From Promethearchaeota archaeon (GTDB lineage Archaea > Asgardarchaeota > Lokiarchaeia > Sigyniarchaeales > SOKP01), in the NCBI GenBank assembly GCA_048939995.1, contig JBHLOY010000003.1, forward strand, positions 1 to 64,000: DNA of 64,000 bases. The letters run 5' to 3'. The notes beneath the pieces are model-generated. The model was not told where the DNA came from, ran no database searches, and saw only the letters and a program-made list of their open reading frames with translations. Each line of letters starts with the position of its first letter. Position 1 is the first letter of the stretch. Positions 37,592-47,086 of the stretch are shown here, one piece after another. A program made the translations under genes and the position numbers.

Positions 37592-38827
37592 TTAAAAGAA
37601 ATTATTAAATTTTGTTCTTGCCAAGGATCTTCTATTCCTTTTTCTCTCATTACTTGACAATTTATTCAATAATGCATCATTACATATCTTTTTACCAATG
37701 ACTACTTTAGGATTATTAGCCCAATTCACTTCCAATAAAAGGCATGTATAATATACACAAGTTTGAATAAATGCAATTAATTGACCAATATTATAAGCAT
37801 TAGGAATTTCTAATGAAATTTTAGCAGTTGGTACAACTTGTTCTATTAATGCTTGAAATGTGGCATCTGCTTGATAATTTATTACTGTTTGCGCTGTTTG
37901 GCCATCAATATAATCGAGAGAAGAGTCTAAATTTATATCAACTAAATCATTTTTTACAGTCCAAATTAATGGTAAGACGATACCTTTCATTCCACCAAGT
38001 AGGTATTCTAATACTGAATGCTGGCATAGAGGTGCTGATTGGTAAGCCCCCATTAATCCTTTATCATCTTTTCCTGTGCTTTCTGATACTTCTTGGACAA
38101 AAAGGCCAACTGAACCTTCAAGATTAACAGAATATGGCATAGAAAATATCACTCGATATCCTTTTTGATATAAATTATAAAAAAAAGCAGCCAATTTAAC
38201 AGCAAAATTTCCATCATTTTTCAGGATAATCTTATAGATTGTATCTAAACCTCTTATGAATTGATCTATATTAATATCTGCTAAATATGCAGGCACAATT
38301 GCAACATTAGATATGGAAGCCGCAAATCTTCCAGGTAGATCAGGGACATCAAGAATCAAACAATCCAATTCTCTCAAAATTTTATTCATAGTTCCCATTG
38401 AAGAAAGTCCTAAGAATTTATATCCTCTTTTTGTAAATGTACCAATAGTAGAATTTACATCAATAGTTTCTCCAGCTCTAGAAATGGGGATCACAATTGA
38501 GTTTTCAGGTTTAGTGGCTTCCAAACAGGCTTTTAATTCTACTGCTCGAGAGCTTGTAATTGGATAAATTTTTTTTTTTGCGAGATGTTTTAATGCCATT
38601 AAGGTTTGAATAGAGCCACCCGTACCCAAAACAATTATATTTTGAATTGATTCAGTTTTAAGGTGGTCTATCATTTCTTTCATCTTATTTATTTCAATGT
38701 AAGATTTGGTGTCAAAAAAGAAAGGCGGATCCCACTTTTCTTTTCTCATATTGATCAAATTAATCGAATCTTCTATTTGATCACTACTAACTTCTGGATA
38801 ATACTCTATTTCGAATTCTTTACTCAT
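37592..38827 (-). CDS. pgi: Glucose-6-phosphate isomerase-like (double SIS) protein
   Basis: GTGGS, SRAGET, GRF, QEVSESTGK, QHS and P.V..GK. Confidence 0.7.
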   Translation of the reverse strand: MSKEFEIEYYPEVSSDQIEDSINLINMRKEKWDPPFFFDTKSYIEINKMKEMIDHLKTESIQNIIVLGTGGSIQTLMALKHLAKKKIYPITSSRAVELKACLEATKPENSIVIPISRAGETIDVNSTIGTFTKRGYKFLGLSSMGTMNKILRELDCLILDVPDLPGRFAASISNVAIVPAYLADINIDQFIRGLDTIYKIILKNDGNFAVKLAAFFYNLYQKGYRVIFSMPYSVNLEGSVGLFVQEVSESTGKDDKGLMGAYQSAPLCQHSVLEYLLGGMKGIVLPLIWTVKNDLVDINLDSSLDYIDGQTAQTVINYQADATFQALIEQVVPTAKISLEIPNAYNIGQLIAFIQTCVYYTCLLLEVNWANNPKVVIGKKICNDALLNKLSSNERKRNRRSLARTKFNNFF

Positions 38828-38962
38828 TTTAAATCACATAAATTAATTTAAAAATTGATAAATTTGAACTCTATTTTATTTAAAATATTTTTCCTCGTAT
38901 TTATACCATAAATAATTTCAATATTTAAATTACACTAAATTTTTTATCTTATGTGAATATTT

Positions 38963-40210
38963 ATGGCAAAAGCTACTGAAATGAAAAGAATAAATAATAA
39001 CGAGAATGGAGAAGCTTATTATTGTACCGAATGTAAACGAAACCACACTAAAGGAAAGATTTATAAAGAGCATCTTGAGTTTGCTCGAAATACTGAAAAG
39101 GAAGAAGATATTAATAAATTTGATAATTTAGAACTGAATGAAGATGCTTATATTGATGAAGAGGATATAGAAGAAGATTTAGAGCTTGAAGAAGAAGTTG
39201 ATGATATAGAAAATGAGGGAGAGGATGATGCAGATTTCGAACAAGATATTCTTAATAAAGATGCACAGACTTGCGTTGAAGCTGTCAAAAAACTCCCTGG
39301 AGTGGGAGACGCTACATTAAAAAAACTTATTAAAGCGGGTTTTAATAGCCTTGAATCAATAGCATATACACCTCCCAGCATTATCCAAGAAGAATCTGGA
39401 TTGGGAGAAAAAACTACTACTAAATTGATTAAATCATCTATGGAGCAGCTTGGAATAGGATTTAAATCTGCTGAAGTCATCTGGGAACGTAGAAAGAATA
39501 TTGCAAAGATTTCAACAGGAAGTCAAGAACTTGATGATTTATTCGGAGGTGGAATAGAAACTGCGTGTGTTATAGAATTTTTTGGGGAATTCAGAACTGG
39601 TAAGACTCAAATTATGCATCAGTTATGTGTCAATGTTCAGCTACCGCGAGAGAAAGGAGGACTTGAAGGAAGAGCTTTATACGTTGATACAGAAGGCACA
39701 TTTAGACCAGAAAGAATAATTCAAATGGCTGAAGCTCTTGATCTTGACCATAACAATGTGTTAAAAAATATCATTTTTGGAAGAGCATATAATTCAGATC
39801 ATCAAATCCTTTTAATTAAAGAGGCAGCAAATCTGATTAAAGAGAAAAATATAAAATTAATAATTGTTGACTCATTAATCGGTCACTTTAGAAGTGAGTA
39901 TATTGGGAGAGGCACTTTAGCTAATCGTCAACAATTGATTAATTCTCATTTGCATGATTTATTAAGGTTAGCAGATATTCATCCGGAGCTTGGAATTGTT
40001 GTTACAAATCAAGTACAAGCAAAACCAGATGTATTTTATGGAAATCCTATCCAAGCCGCAGGAGGTAATGTAGTGGCTCATGGATCCACAATTAGAGTCT
40101 ATTTGAGGAAAGGAAAAGGAGAACAGAGAATAGCTAAAGTAGTTGATGCCCCTCATCTGCCAGAAGGAGAAGCTGTCTTTAGTATTACAGAAAATGGGAT
40201 AACAGATTAA
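38963..40210 (+). CDS. radA: DNA repair and recombination protein RadA with a zinc-finger/acidic N-terminal extension
   Basis: HhH (LPGVG), GFKSA, Walker [31 protein letters not shown] and TNQV. Confidence 0.95.
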   Translation: MAKATEMKRINNNENGEAYYCTECKRNHTKGKIYKEHLEFARNTEKEEDINKFDNLELNEDAYIDEEDIEEDLELEEEVDDIENEGEDDADFEQDILNKDAQTCVEAVKKLPGVGDATLKKLIKAGFNSLESIAYTPPSIIQEESGLGEKTTTKLIKSSMEQLGIGFKSAEVIWERRKNIAKISTGSQELDDLFGGGIETACVIEFFGEFRTGKTQIMHQLCVNVQLPREKGGLEGRALYVDTEGTFRPERIIQMAEALDLDHNNVLKNIIFGRAYNSDHQILLIKEAANLIKEKNIKLIIVDSLIGHFRSEYIGRGTLANRQQLINSHLHDLLRLADIHPELGIVVTNQVQAKPDVFYGNPIQAAGGNVVAHGSTIRVYLRKGKGEQRIAKVVDAPHLPEGEAVFSITENGITD

Positions 40211-40265
40211 AATCTAATTACAAAATTTTTTAAAAAAATTAAGGAAATTAATTATAATAAAATTT

Positions 40266-43200
40266 TTATTTTAATTTTTCATATTCATTTGCTTTATTGG
40301 TTAATCTTTTAACTTCTTTTGTCATATTAGTGTCTCCTAACTTGAAAATTTCAGAAGCAAGTTTAGATGCGTATTTGTATTTTTGAGCGACTTCTTGATA
40401 GTTTTTCTTTTTGATAAATAATTTAGCTTCATTTTCTAATTCTTTCTTTTTTGCTGTTAATTCTACGATTCTGGTTTTTCGAACGATCTCTTCTAGTTTA
40501 ATAAACTCTTTAGATAACTCCCAGTTTGATGCGATCATTGCAGCTTCTTGATATAACTCTATAGCTTTTTGATAATTCTTTTTGCTCTTTGCTTTATTAG
40601 CTCGATTGAACAATTCTTTTGTTCCATTTCTTGCCTGTTTTTTGCTGGCAATTTCAATAGTCCCAACTTTCGACATAATAGGAGCAGAGACTATTTTTTG
40701 CTTTTCAGTTATGCTAGAAAGATAAGCTTCTCTTTCGGCAGGACCCATCTGTGCTAAATTATTTACTAAACTTTGTCTCTCTTCAGAGGAAAGAGTAGTT
40801 AATTGTGAGATTCTTTGATTAATTAAATTAATTTCTTGTTGTGAAATTGGTTGTACTTCTAGACTAGAAATTTCAATAGGTACTAGCATCTTTTTATCCC
40901 TTAGTTCTTTAACACCCATAAAAATTTCCGCTGTGTCTTTATTTGTTTTTTCAGAAGCCTCTTTCAATAATGTCGCTACAAAAAAGAATTGTCTTTCTGT
41001 TTCTTCGCAACAAGAGTGAGCTATTTTTAATACCTCTCTTGAATGAGGATTTTTTAGATCTTTAACACCTGAATAATCATATGTGATTTGATGAGGCAAA
41101 ATTATAGAAGTACTTAGGATATCATCTACAATTTGGCCAGCGTTCCTAAAATGCATTAGTTGACCTCTCCAGCTTGGTAAAACATCTGCATATGTCTTTT
41201 CAAAGGCATCTATAAATTGTTTTAAGTTTCTTCGCAAAATTAATGATGCCTTTTTAGACAACACAAGCGCAACTCGTATATATTGACCATCCGCTAATAG
41301 TAACATTTTGTCTCCATAAGAAATTTCATTCAAAGCTTCCTGGGCGACCATTTCTTTTCCAAATGAGGATACTGCAGTTAAGAATCCTCCTATCAGCTCG
41401 GGATCAATTTGCTCTGATCCATAGGATTTAAAGAAAATACATGTACCAGTTTCTTTATATAAAACTACAATGTGTTCAAGATTTATCGCATCATCAAAAA
41501 CAGTTTTAACTTCTGATAGAATCCGTGCTTTTTCTCTCTTTCTTGGAGTAACAATCCCCTTATATACAGCAACAGATCCAGCTATACCCACTAAAATAAC
41601 AGCTCCGATTATGATATAGGGTAGAAAATCTGTAATACCCGGAGGAGGTATTATGACGATATCTGAAATTTCAACAGAATATTCTTGATGATAATATCCA
41701 CTAGTCAATAGTATTGTTAAATTCAGTGTGCGAGTATCTATATTAGTAAGTATTATAAACGACCTTTCTCCTGTACTATTCGTTGTATATGGCCCCAGTG
41801 GGGTACCTGCAATATTATTATAATAGGGGGTTACCGTAAGAGATGAATTAACGATTGGCAACCATACAGTGCCATTAAAATATTCGGCTTTTATTACAAT
41901 CTCAAACTGGCGGCCTGCATCTACGCTTGTGGGTCTAAATAATGTTAAATTTGCCTGAAACTTGCCTTTAACTGTTAAATAATATGTGAAAGTTACATTC
42001 TCATAGTTAAGTTTACTCATAGTGATATTTATAGCATAATTCCCTATTGTTAAAGCAGGATTTGAAGTAGTAAGAGATCCTTGATGATTTTGAGTTACAA
42101 TTTGAAATGAACTAGCAATTAATCCTCTTGTTCCAGTGTTTAAATTTCTATAACGAACTATGTATGAATCTCCTAATGTAGAAACTAAATGATCATTATT
42201 TTCAGTATCTGTTACATTAAATTCTATAATTGTATTACTTCCTTCAAATATTGTAAAATTATATCCCGGACCTGTAGGATCTAAAATTCCACCTGGATCT
42301 GAATATGATTTGAAATTTATCAGTGAAAAGTTTCCTCTAATATAAAAAGTAAGATAAGATATGTCATAATCGTAATTTGGGAATTTTGAGGCATTAACTT
42401 GTAAAGTATACCAACCAGCGTTTCTATTTGCTAAACTAATGTTCAGAATATACCATCCATCATTTAGTGGATTAATTAGATTCCACCCAGGAGTCCAAAT
42501 GCTCCCAGTAGCGTTATTCCTTACAATTATATCACTTGAAATAAGATTTTGAATACCTTGATCATTTGTGGTATCATTGAAGTAAAATTGAAATGTTTGA
42601 TTTAATCCTGAGTTCCGTGGTATATTAGGGATCCACGAAGTACTCTCAATACGAGTAGTGATTATTTGAACATTCACTCTTAATTGGATTATTTGGGTCT
42701 CATTCCCAATTGAATAAATCTCAAATGTAAAGAAGTATGGGGAACCAGCTACATTGACATTATCAGTATCTAAGTGCATAGTATAACCTCCTCCACCCTC
42801 ATTTTTAAGAAACGAATCAAAACCATATGAACTCCCCACTACAGACCAAGACGCTTCTGTTATTGGATTAGTTAAAGTATCGGCATAATTAAATGTATAA
42901 GAAACGTTTTGGCCGCGTATAACATCCCCTAAGTCAGCAGAATTACCCGGTGTAATAATTGTAGTAATTTGGCGATGAAACATGAAGGAAGTTGTTAAAT
43001 TAACGTAGAATTGCTTACTTGCTCTAATAGGAATCGTGATATATCCAAACTTAGTGAAATCTGGGTCATCAACATAAATAGTTATATTATATATACCACT
43101 TCCTAAATATGCAACATTTTTGGATTTGTACGTACCATTTAAACTATACTCTATGGTTGCGTCAGAAAGACCCTCAGGTTTAATAATATCTCTATATTGA

Positions 43201-44960
43201 ATAGATATCTCAAAAGATTCCCCTGATTTATAAATCCGACCACCTGGGGGATCAAGAACAGTAAATTCAGTATCAGCAACAATTGTAAAAAAGTAATCTA
43301 AGAATCCTGCAGCAGTATTATTATTCCAAATCATTTGAGCTTTAAATACACCATAATCCCTTGCATCTACAGAAATATCCCACGTAGAAACTGAAAATAC
43401 TGTATTTGGTGCTCCAGTTGAGATATCAAGGACATTTGTATGATTCATCTCACGTAGTATAGGGCTATAAACACTTATATTTAGTACTCCATTTGAGATA
43501 ACTTCACTAAATGTGCCTCGGAATTCTACATTGTTTGAAAAATTAACTATTTGTCTTTGAATACCGCTTACATATGTATTTATTGAAGAGAGCAAATTTG
43601 TAGAATTTGCCAACAAATACCAATTACTCCCATTTCCTGCATTCAGGACTTGAACATAGCGATAACCGTTTTTGGTGAAATCCTTATTAATATCCGCACT
43701 TAACCATTCAGACGTATCATTAAATACTTTTATTGAATTTGAAAGCCATGTTTTAGGAATAGTAAAATTAATAGTATTGAAATCTGTAACTCGTGAGTCA
43801 AAATAATTTAATCCTCCTACTACAGAAACATTCCATTGAACATTATCACTACTACTTAGAATCTTAAATATAGAATTAGCTTTTAAATCTATCTTGGTAA
43901 AATTAATTTCTACTCGTATTATGTCGCATGAAACCTCCCACCAATCAGCTGTAACTTCAAAATCTATATTTCCATCAGCGCTACTAAATTTTTGAGTTGA
44001 AGAGTAAAATCCTTGATTACCTATACCGAGATTGTTAACCAATGTTCCGTTAACTTTTAGATTAATCTCAGTAGGTCTTGGTGTGTTATCATTAAGACCA
44101 ACAATTACCTGACTGGAAATGTCTCTGGCTAATGCTTGCCAACCTGCCCCAGAATCACGATAAACTAAATAATTATCAGTAGTTGTTCCAGTCTGATAAT
44201 GATAATATCCTCTTGCAAAATTAAAATTTGTATTTTGATAAAAGTAAATGAAAAATGTATTGTTATACGTATTTGCAGCATCTAAGACTTTATTTAAAGT
44301 AAAATTATACCATTGTCCAGTATGTTCATCAGGGACAGATTGAGTTATATCAATTAATCCAGTATTAGTATGGGGCTCAATTCTTGAATCAATTGAATCG
44401 TATGTTGCATTAAATATAAGAATCTTAATATCAACACTTCCTCCAGAACCCCCTGATTCAGAGAGATATATTGAAAAATTCTGAATTATACAAGTATTTC
44501 TTATTGTGAATGAGTATGCGAATAAATCTGTTGAGATTTGATCACTAGAAGATGTAGCTAATTCTAAATTAAGTGTTTTATTGGGAGCATTAATATTATT
44601 AATGGAAATATTCACAAAGGATGTTTCATATCCAGCAAATAAAGGAAATGGTTCTGTGAAACTGTTTGAAACGTCTAAATTACTGAATTGTTTTGTTGCT
44701 GTATCAATTAGAGATTGATGCAACGTTATATTTATTTGTTCCCCAATTCCATTGAAATCTTGTGGTTCAGCTGATCTCGGTAGTGGTTCGTCAAATTTTT
44801 CATCATCTCCTAAAACTTCACTTTTTACATTATTGTTGTATCCATTCCTATTTAAACCTGTTATTAGAAAATGATTTCCAATAGTTGAAGTAATCGCTCC
44901 AAAAGTCAAAAGAAGAAGGGCTAAAATTCTTTTTGTTTTATAAAAATTAGACTTTCTCAT
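40266..44960 (-). CDS. Giant single-pass surface protein with a cytoplasmic longin/roadblock-like domain and a helical tail
   Basis: N-terminal signal/TM segment, about 1100 aa of N/T/S-rich beta ectodomain with many NxS/T sequons, one TM helix, then YKETGTCIF...DPELIGGFLTAVSSFG. ATG 44960 (TTG 44969 is the alternative). Confidence 0.85.
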   Translation of the reverse strand: MRKSNFYKTKRILALLLLTFGAITSTIGNHFLITGLNRNGYNNNVKSEVLGDDEKFDEPLPRSAEPQDFNGIGEQINITLHQSLIDTATKQFSNLDVSNSFTEPFPLFAGYETSFVNISINNINAPNKTLNLELATSSSDQISTDLFAYSFTIRNTCIIQNFSIYLSESGGSGGSVDIKILIFNATYDSIDSRIEPHTNTGLIDITQSVPDEHTGQWYNFTLNKVLDAANTYNNTFFIYFYQNTNFNFARGYYHYQTGTTTDNYLVYRDSGAGWQALARDISSQVIVGLNDNTPRPTEINLKVNGTLVNNLGIGNQGFYSSTQKFSSADGNIDFEVTADWWEVSCDIIRVEINFTKIDLKANSIFKILSSSDNVQWNVSVVGGLNYFDSRVTDFNTINFTIPKTWLSNSIKVFNDTSEWLSADINKDFTKNGYRYVQVLNAGNGSNWYLLANSTNLLSSINTYVSGIQRQIVNFSNNVEFRGTFSEVISNGVLNISVYSPILREMNHTNVLDISTGAPNTVFSVSTWDISVDARDYGVFKAQMIWNNNTAAGFLDYFFTIVADTEFTVLDPPGGRIYKSGESFEISIQYRDIIKPEGLSDATIEYSLNGTYKSKNVAYLGSGIYNITIYVDDPDFTKFGYITIPIRASKQFYVNLTTSFMFHRQITTIITPGNSADLGDVIRGQNVSYTFNYADTLTNPITEASWSVVGSSYGFDSFLKNEGGGGYTMHLDTDNVNVAGSPYFFTFEIYSIGNETQIIQLRVNVQIITTRIESTSWIPNIPRNSGLNQTFQFYFNDTTNDQGIQNLISSDIIVRNNATGSIWTPGWNLINPLNDGWYILNISLANRNAGWYTLQVNASKFPNYDYDISYLTFYIRGNFSLINFKSYSDPGGILDPTGPGYNFTIFEGSNTIIEFNVTDTENNDHLVSTLGDSYIVRYRNLNTGTRGLIASSFQIVTQNHQGSLTTSNPALTIGNYAINITMSKLNYENVTFTYYLTVKGKFQANLTLFRPTSVDAGRQFEIVIKAEYFNGTVWLPIVNSSLTVTPYYNNIAGTPLGPYTTNSTGERSFIILTNIDTRTLNLTILLTSGYYHQEYSVEISDIVIIPPPGITDFLPYIIIGAVILVGIAGSVAVYKGIVTPRKREKARILSEVKTVFDDAINLEHIVVLYKETGTCIFFKSYGSEQIDPELIGGFLTAVSSFGKEMVAQEALNEISYGDKMLLLADGQYIRVALVLSKKASLILRRNLKQFIDAFEKTYADVLPSWRGQLMHFRNAGQIVDDILSTSIILPHQITYDYSGVKDLKNPHSREVLKIAHSCCEETERQFFFVATLLKEASEKTNKDTAEIFMGVKELRDKKMLVPIEISSLEVQPISQQEINLINQRISQLTTLSSEERQSLVNNLAQMGPAEREAYLSSITEKQKIVSAPIMSKVGTIEIASKKQARNGTKELFNRANKAKSKKNYQKAIELYQEAAMIASNWELSKEFIKLEEIVRKTRIVELTAKKKELENEAKLFIKKKNYQEVAQKYKYASKLASEIFKLGDTNMTKEVKRLTNKANEYEKLK

Positions 44961-45135
44961 GTTTATCAAATGTTAATTTCTAATTTTATAATTTTGCATT
45001 AAGTACTTAAAAATAATAATCTTGAAATATCAATTTATATTTTCTTATTTTCCCCTTTTTGCTTTTGTAATATTACAAAATTATTTGATCTAGATTATGT
45101 TCATTAAAAATAAGAATTATTTAAAAAAATAGAAA

Positions 45136-45834
45136 CTATTCTTTATTTTCTGGTTTTTTTAGGATGATTCTAGCATCTACGCAAACTAAACCTTTATTGT
45201 AGATAAAAACAGGATTTAAGTCCATTTCATTTATGTCTTCATATTTTGTGACAAGTTCCGATATCTTCAGTAGAGTTTCGACAATGGCATTCAAATCTGC
45301 TTTTGGTTTACCGCGATATCCATCTAAAAGTGGAAATCCCTTGATTTCATGTATCATTTCTTTTGCATCATATTCAGTTATAGGAGCAATACGAAAACTC
45401 ACATCCTCTAAAAGCTCAACTAATATCCCCCCTACTCCAAACATGACATATGGACCAAATTGAGCATCTGTTCCCATTCCTATTATTAATTCAGTAATGG
45501 GTTCATTTGCCATCTTCTGAACAGAGATTAGTTTTTGTTTTTGGGAAGGAATATTCATTAATTCATCAAAAGATTTCTTAAGTTCTGCCTCATTTTTAAT
45601 ATTGAGTTTTACAGCTCCTGTGTCAGATTTATGAATAATGTCTTCTGCCATCAACTTCAAAACAACAGGAAAGCCTATCTCTTCAGCAGCAGAAATAGTT
45701 TCCTTTTCTGAAGATGTTAAACGTTGCTCAGGTATTGCAATTCCCAGTTCTTTTAACAACTCTTTAGATTCAAATTCCGTAAGAGCAGTTTGATTAACTT
45801 GGAGTTTGTTATTTAAAAACTCTTGAATGTTCAT
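45136..45834 (-). CDS. acdB: Acetate--CoA ligase (ADP-forming) beta subunit, ATP-grasp
   Basis: LTEFESK, GFPVVLK, HKSDTGAV, FGP..MFG.GG, GYRG, DLNP and VDAR. Confidence 0.88.
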   Translation of the reverse strand: MNIQEFLNNKLQVNQTALTEFESKELLKELGIAIPEQRLTSSEKETISAAEEIGFPVVLKLMAEDIIHKSDTGAVKLNIKNEAELKKSFDELMNIPSQKQKLISVQKMANEPITELIIGMGTDAQFGPYVMFGVGGILVELLEDVSFRIAPITEYDAKEMIHEIKGFPLLDGYRGKPKADLNAIVETLLKISELVTKYEDINEMDLNPVFIYNKGLVCVDARIILKKPENKE

Positions 45835-45968
45835 TAAAATTATCTCTTCAATAATTAGGAATATAGAAGTTTAATGTGAATTAAAATTTTAAAAACAATA
45901 TAAAATTAATGAAAAGAATTAAAAAAAAGTAATTTATTATATTTTTAATTAAAAGTAAATCCAGAACT

Positions 45969-47057
45969 ATGTCCAAAGAAGAAAATATAAGAATTCTACT
46001 AAAGAATTTTGTTGAAACTCAAATTGACTTACAAGTTGCATTTTTATATTCAAATCAAGGTCTTTTAATATCTAAATATAGTAATATAGAAAAAGAGGTA
46101 AATAATGAAAAAGATTTTGATGAAATTTATGGAGCGTTAACTGTTCTGGTCGAGAGACTTTTAAGCAAAATATCCTCCGAGTATAAAGTAGCACATTATG
46201 GAAGTGGATCATTTGAAACCCCAGATCATAGAATTGTATATCTAGAAGCCGGTCCTAATGCTATACTATTATTAGTCTGTAATTTTATGATAGATTTAAA
46301 AAAATTATTTCCAATTGCTTATCTTGTGGCTGAAAAAATCGCTCAATTACTAGAAGATAGTTTTGATTCCAGATATAATACCTTAACAATTCCTGATTTA
46401 AAACTCAATGAAAATCTTTCAGTAGGTTTAGATATTTTTGCCAAAGAAGAATCCAATGAGGTAATAAACGGAGTTAAAACGATTCATAGAATAAAAAAGG
46501 AGGGTAAAATAGAACAAAATTTTAAACTTATAGTATTAGGTTCTTATGCTGTTGGAAAAACAACATTAGTTAACACATTTTTAAAAAAAGGACAAATAAT
46601 TGATTATCGCCCTACAATTGGACTTAATATTACTTCGCAGAAATATTATGTACAAGGATTCAAAGATGATGTGATTTCATTTTTAATATTTGATCTTGCT
46701 GGTCAAGATTACTTTAAAAGAGTTAGGCACGAATATTATAGGGCTGCTAATTGTGTTTTTGTAGTTTATGATGTTACTTGTAGGAGTTCATTTGAAGAAG
46801 CTATCAATTTTTGGTATGAAGATGCTCGAGTAGAATTAGGAGATACTCCATTTGTACTTATTGGAAATAAAATAGATTTAGCCGACAAACGAGAAGTCTC
46901 AGAAGAAGAAGGTTTAGATAAAGCTCAGGAACTTAAATGTTCTTTTATTGAGACATCAGCATTATATAATATTAATGTTCAAGATACCTTTAAATTAGTA
47001 GGAATTGGACTTCTTTTTAAACGGTTAGAAAAGGATGAATTATCTCATCAAAATTAG
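45969..47057 (+). CDS. Roadblock/longin-like domain fused to a Rab-like small GTPase
   Basis: N-terminal 'AFLYSNQGLLIS' roadblock-type fold. G1 GSYAVGKT, G2 PTIG, G3 DLAGQ, G4 NKID and G5 ETSA. Confidence 0.88.
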   Translation: MSKEENIRILLKNFVETQIDLQVAFLYSNQGLLISKYSNIEKEVNNEKDFDEIYGALTVLVERLLSKISSEYKVAHYGSGSFETPDHRIVYLEAGPNAILLLVCNFMIDLKKLFPIAYLVAEKIAQLLEDSFDSRYNTLTIPDLKLNENLSVGLDIFAKEESNEVINGVKTIHRIKKEGKIEQNFKLIVLGSYAVGKTTLVNTFLKKGQIIDYRPTIGLNITSQKYYVQGFKDDVISFLIFDLAGQDYFKRVRHEYYRAANCVFVVYDVTCRSSFEEAINFWYEDARVELGDTPFVLIGNKIDLADKREVSEEEGLDKAQELKCSFIETSALYNINVQDTFKLVGIGLLFKRLEKDELSHQN

Positions 47058-47086
47058 AAAAATAAAGAAAAGTTAATAAAACTGTG

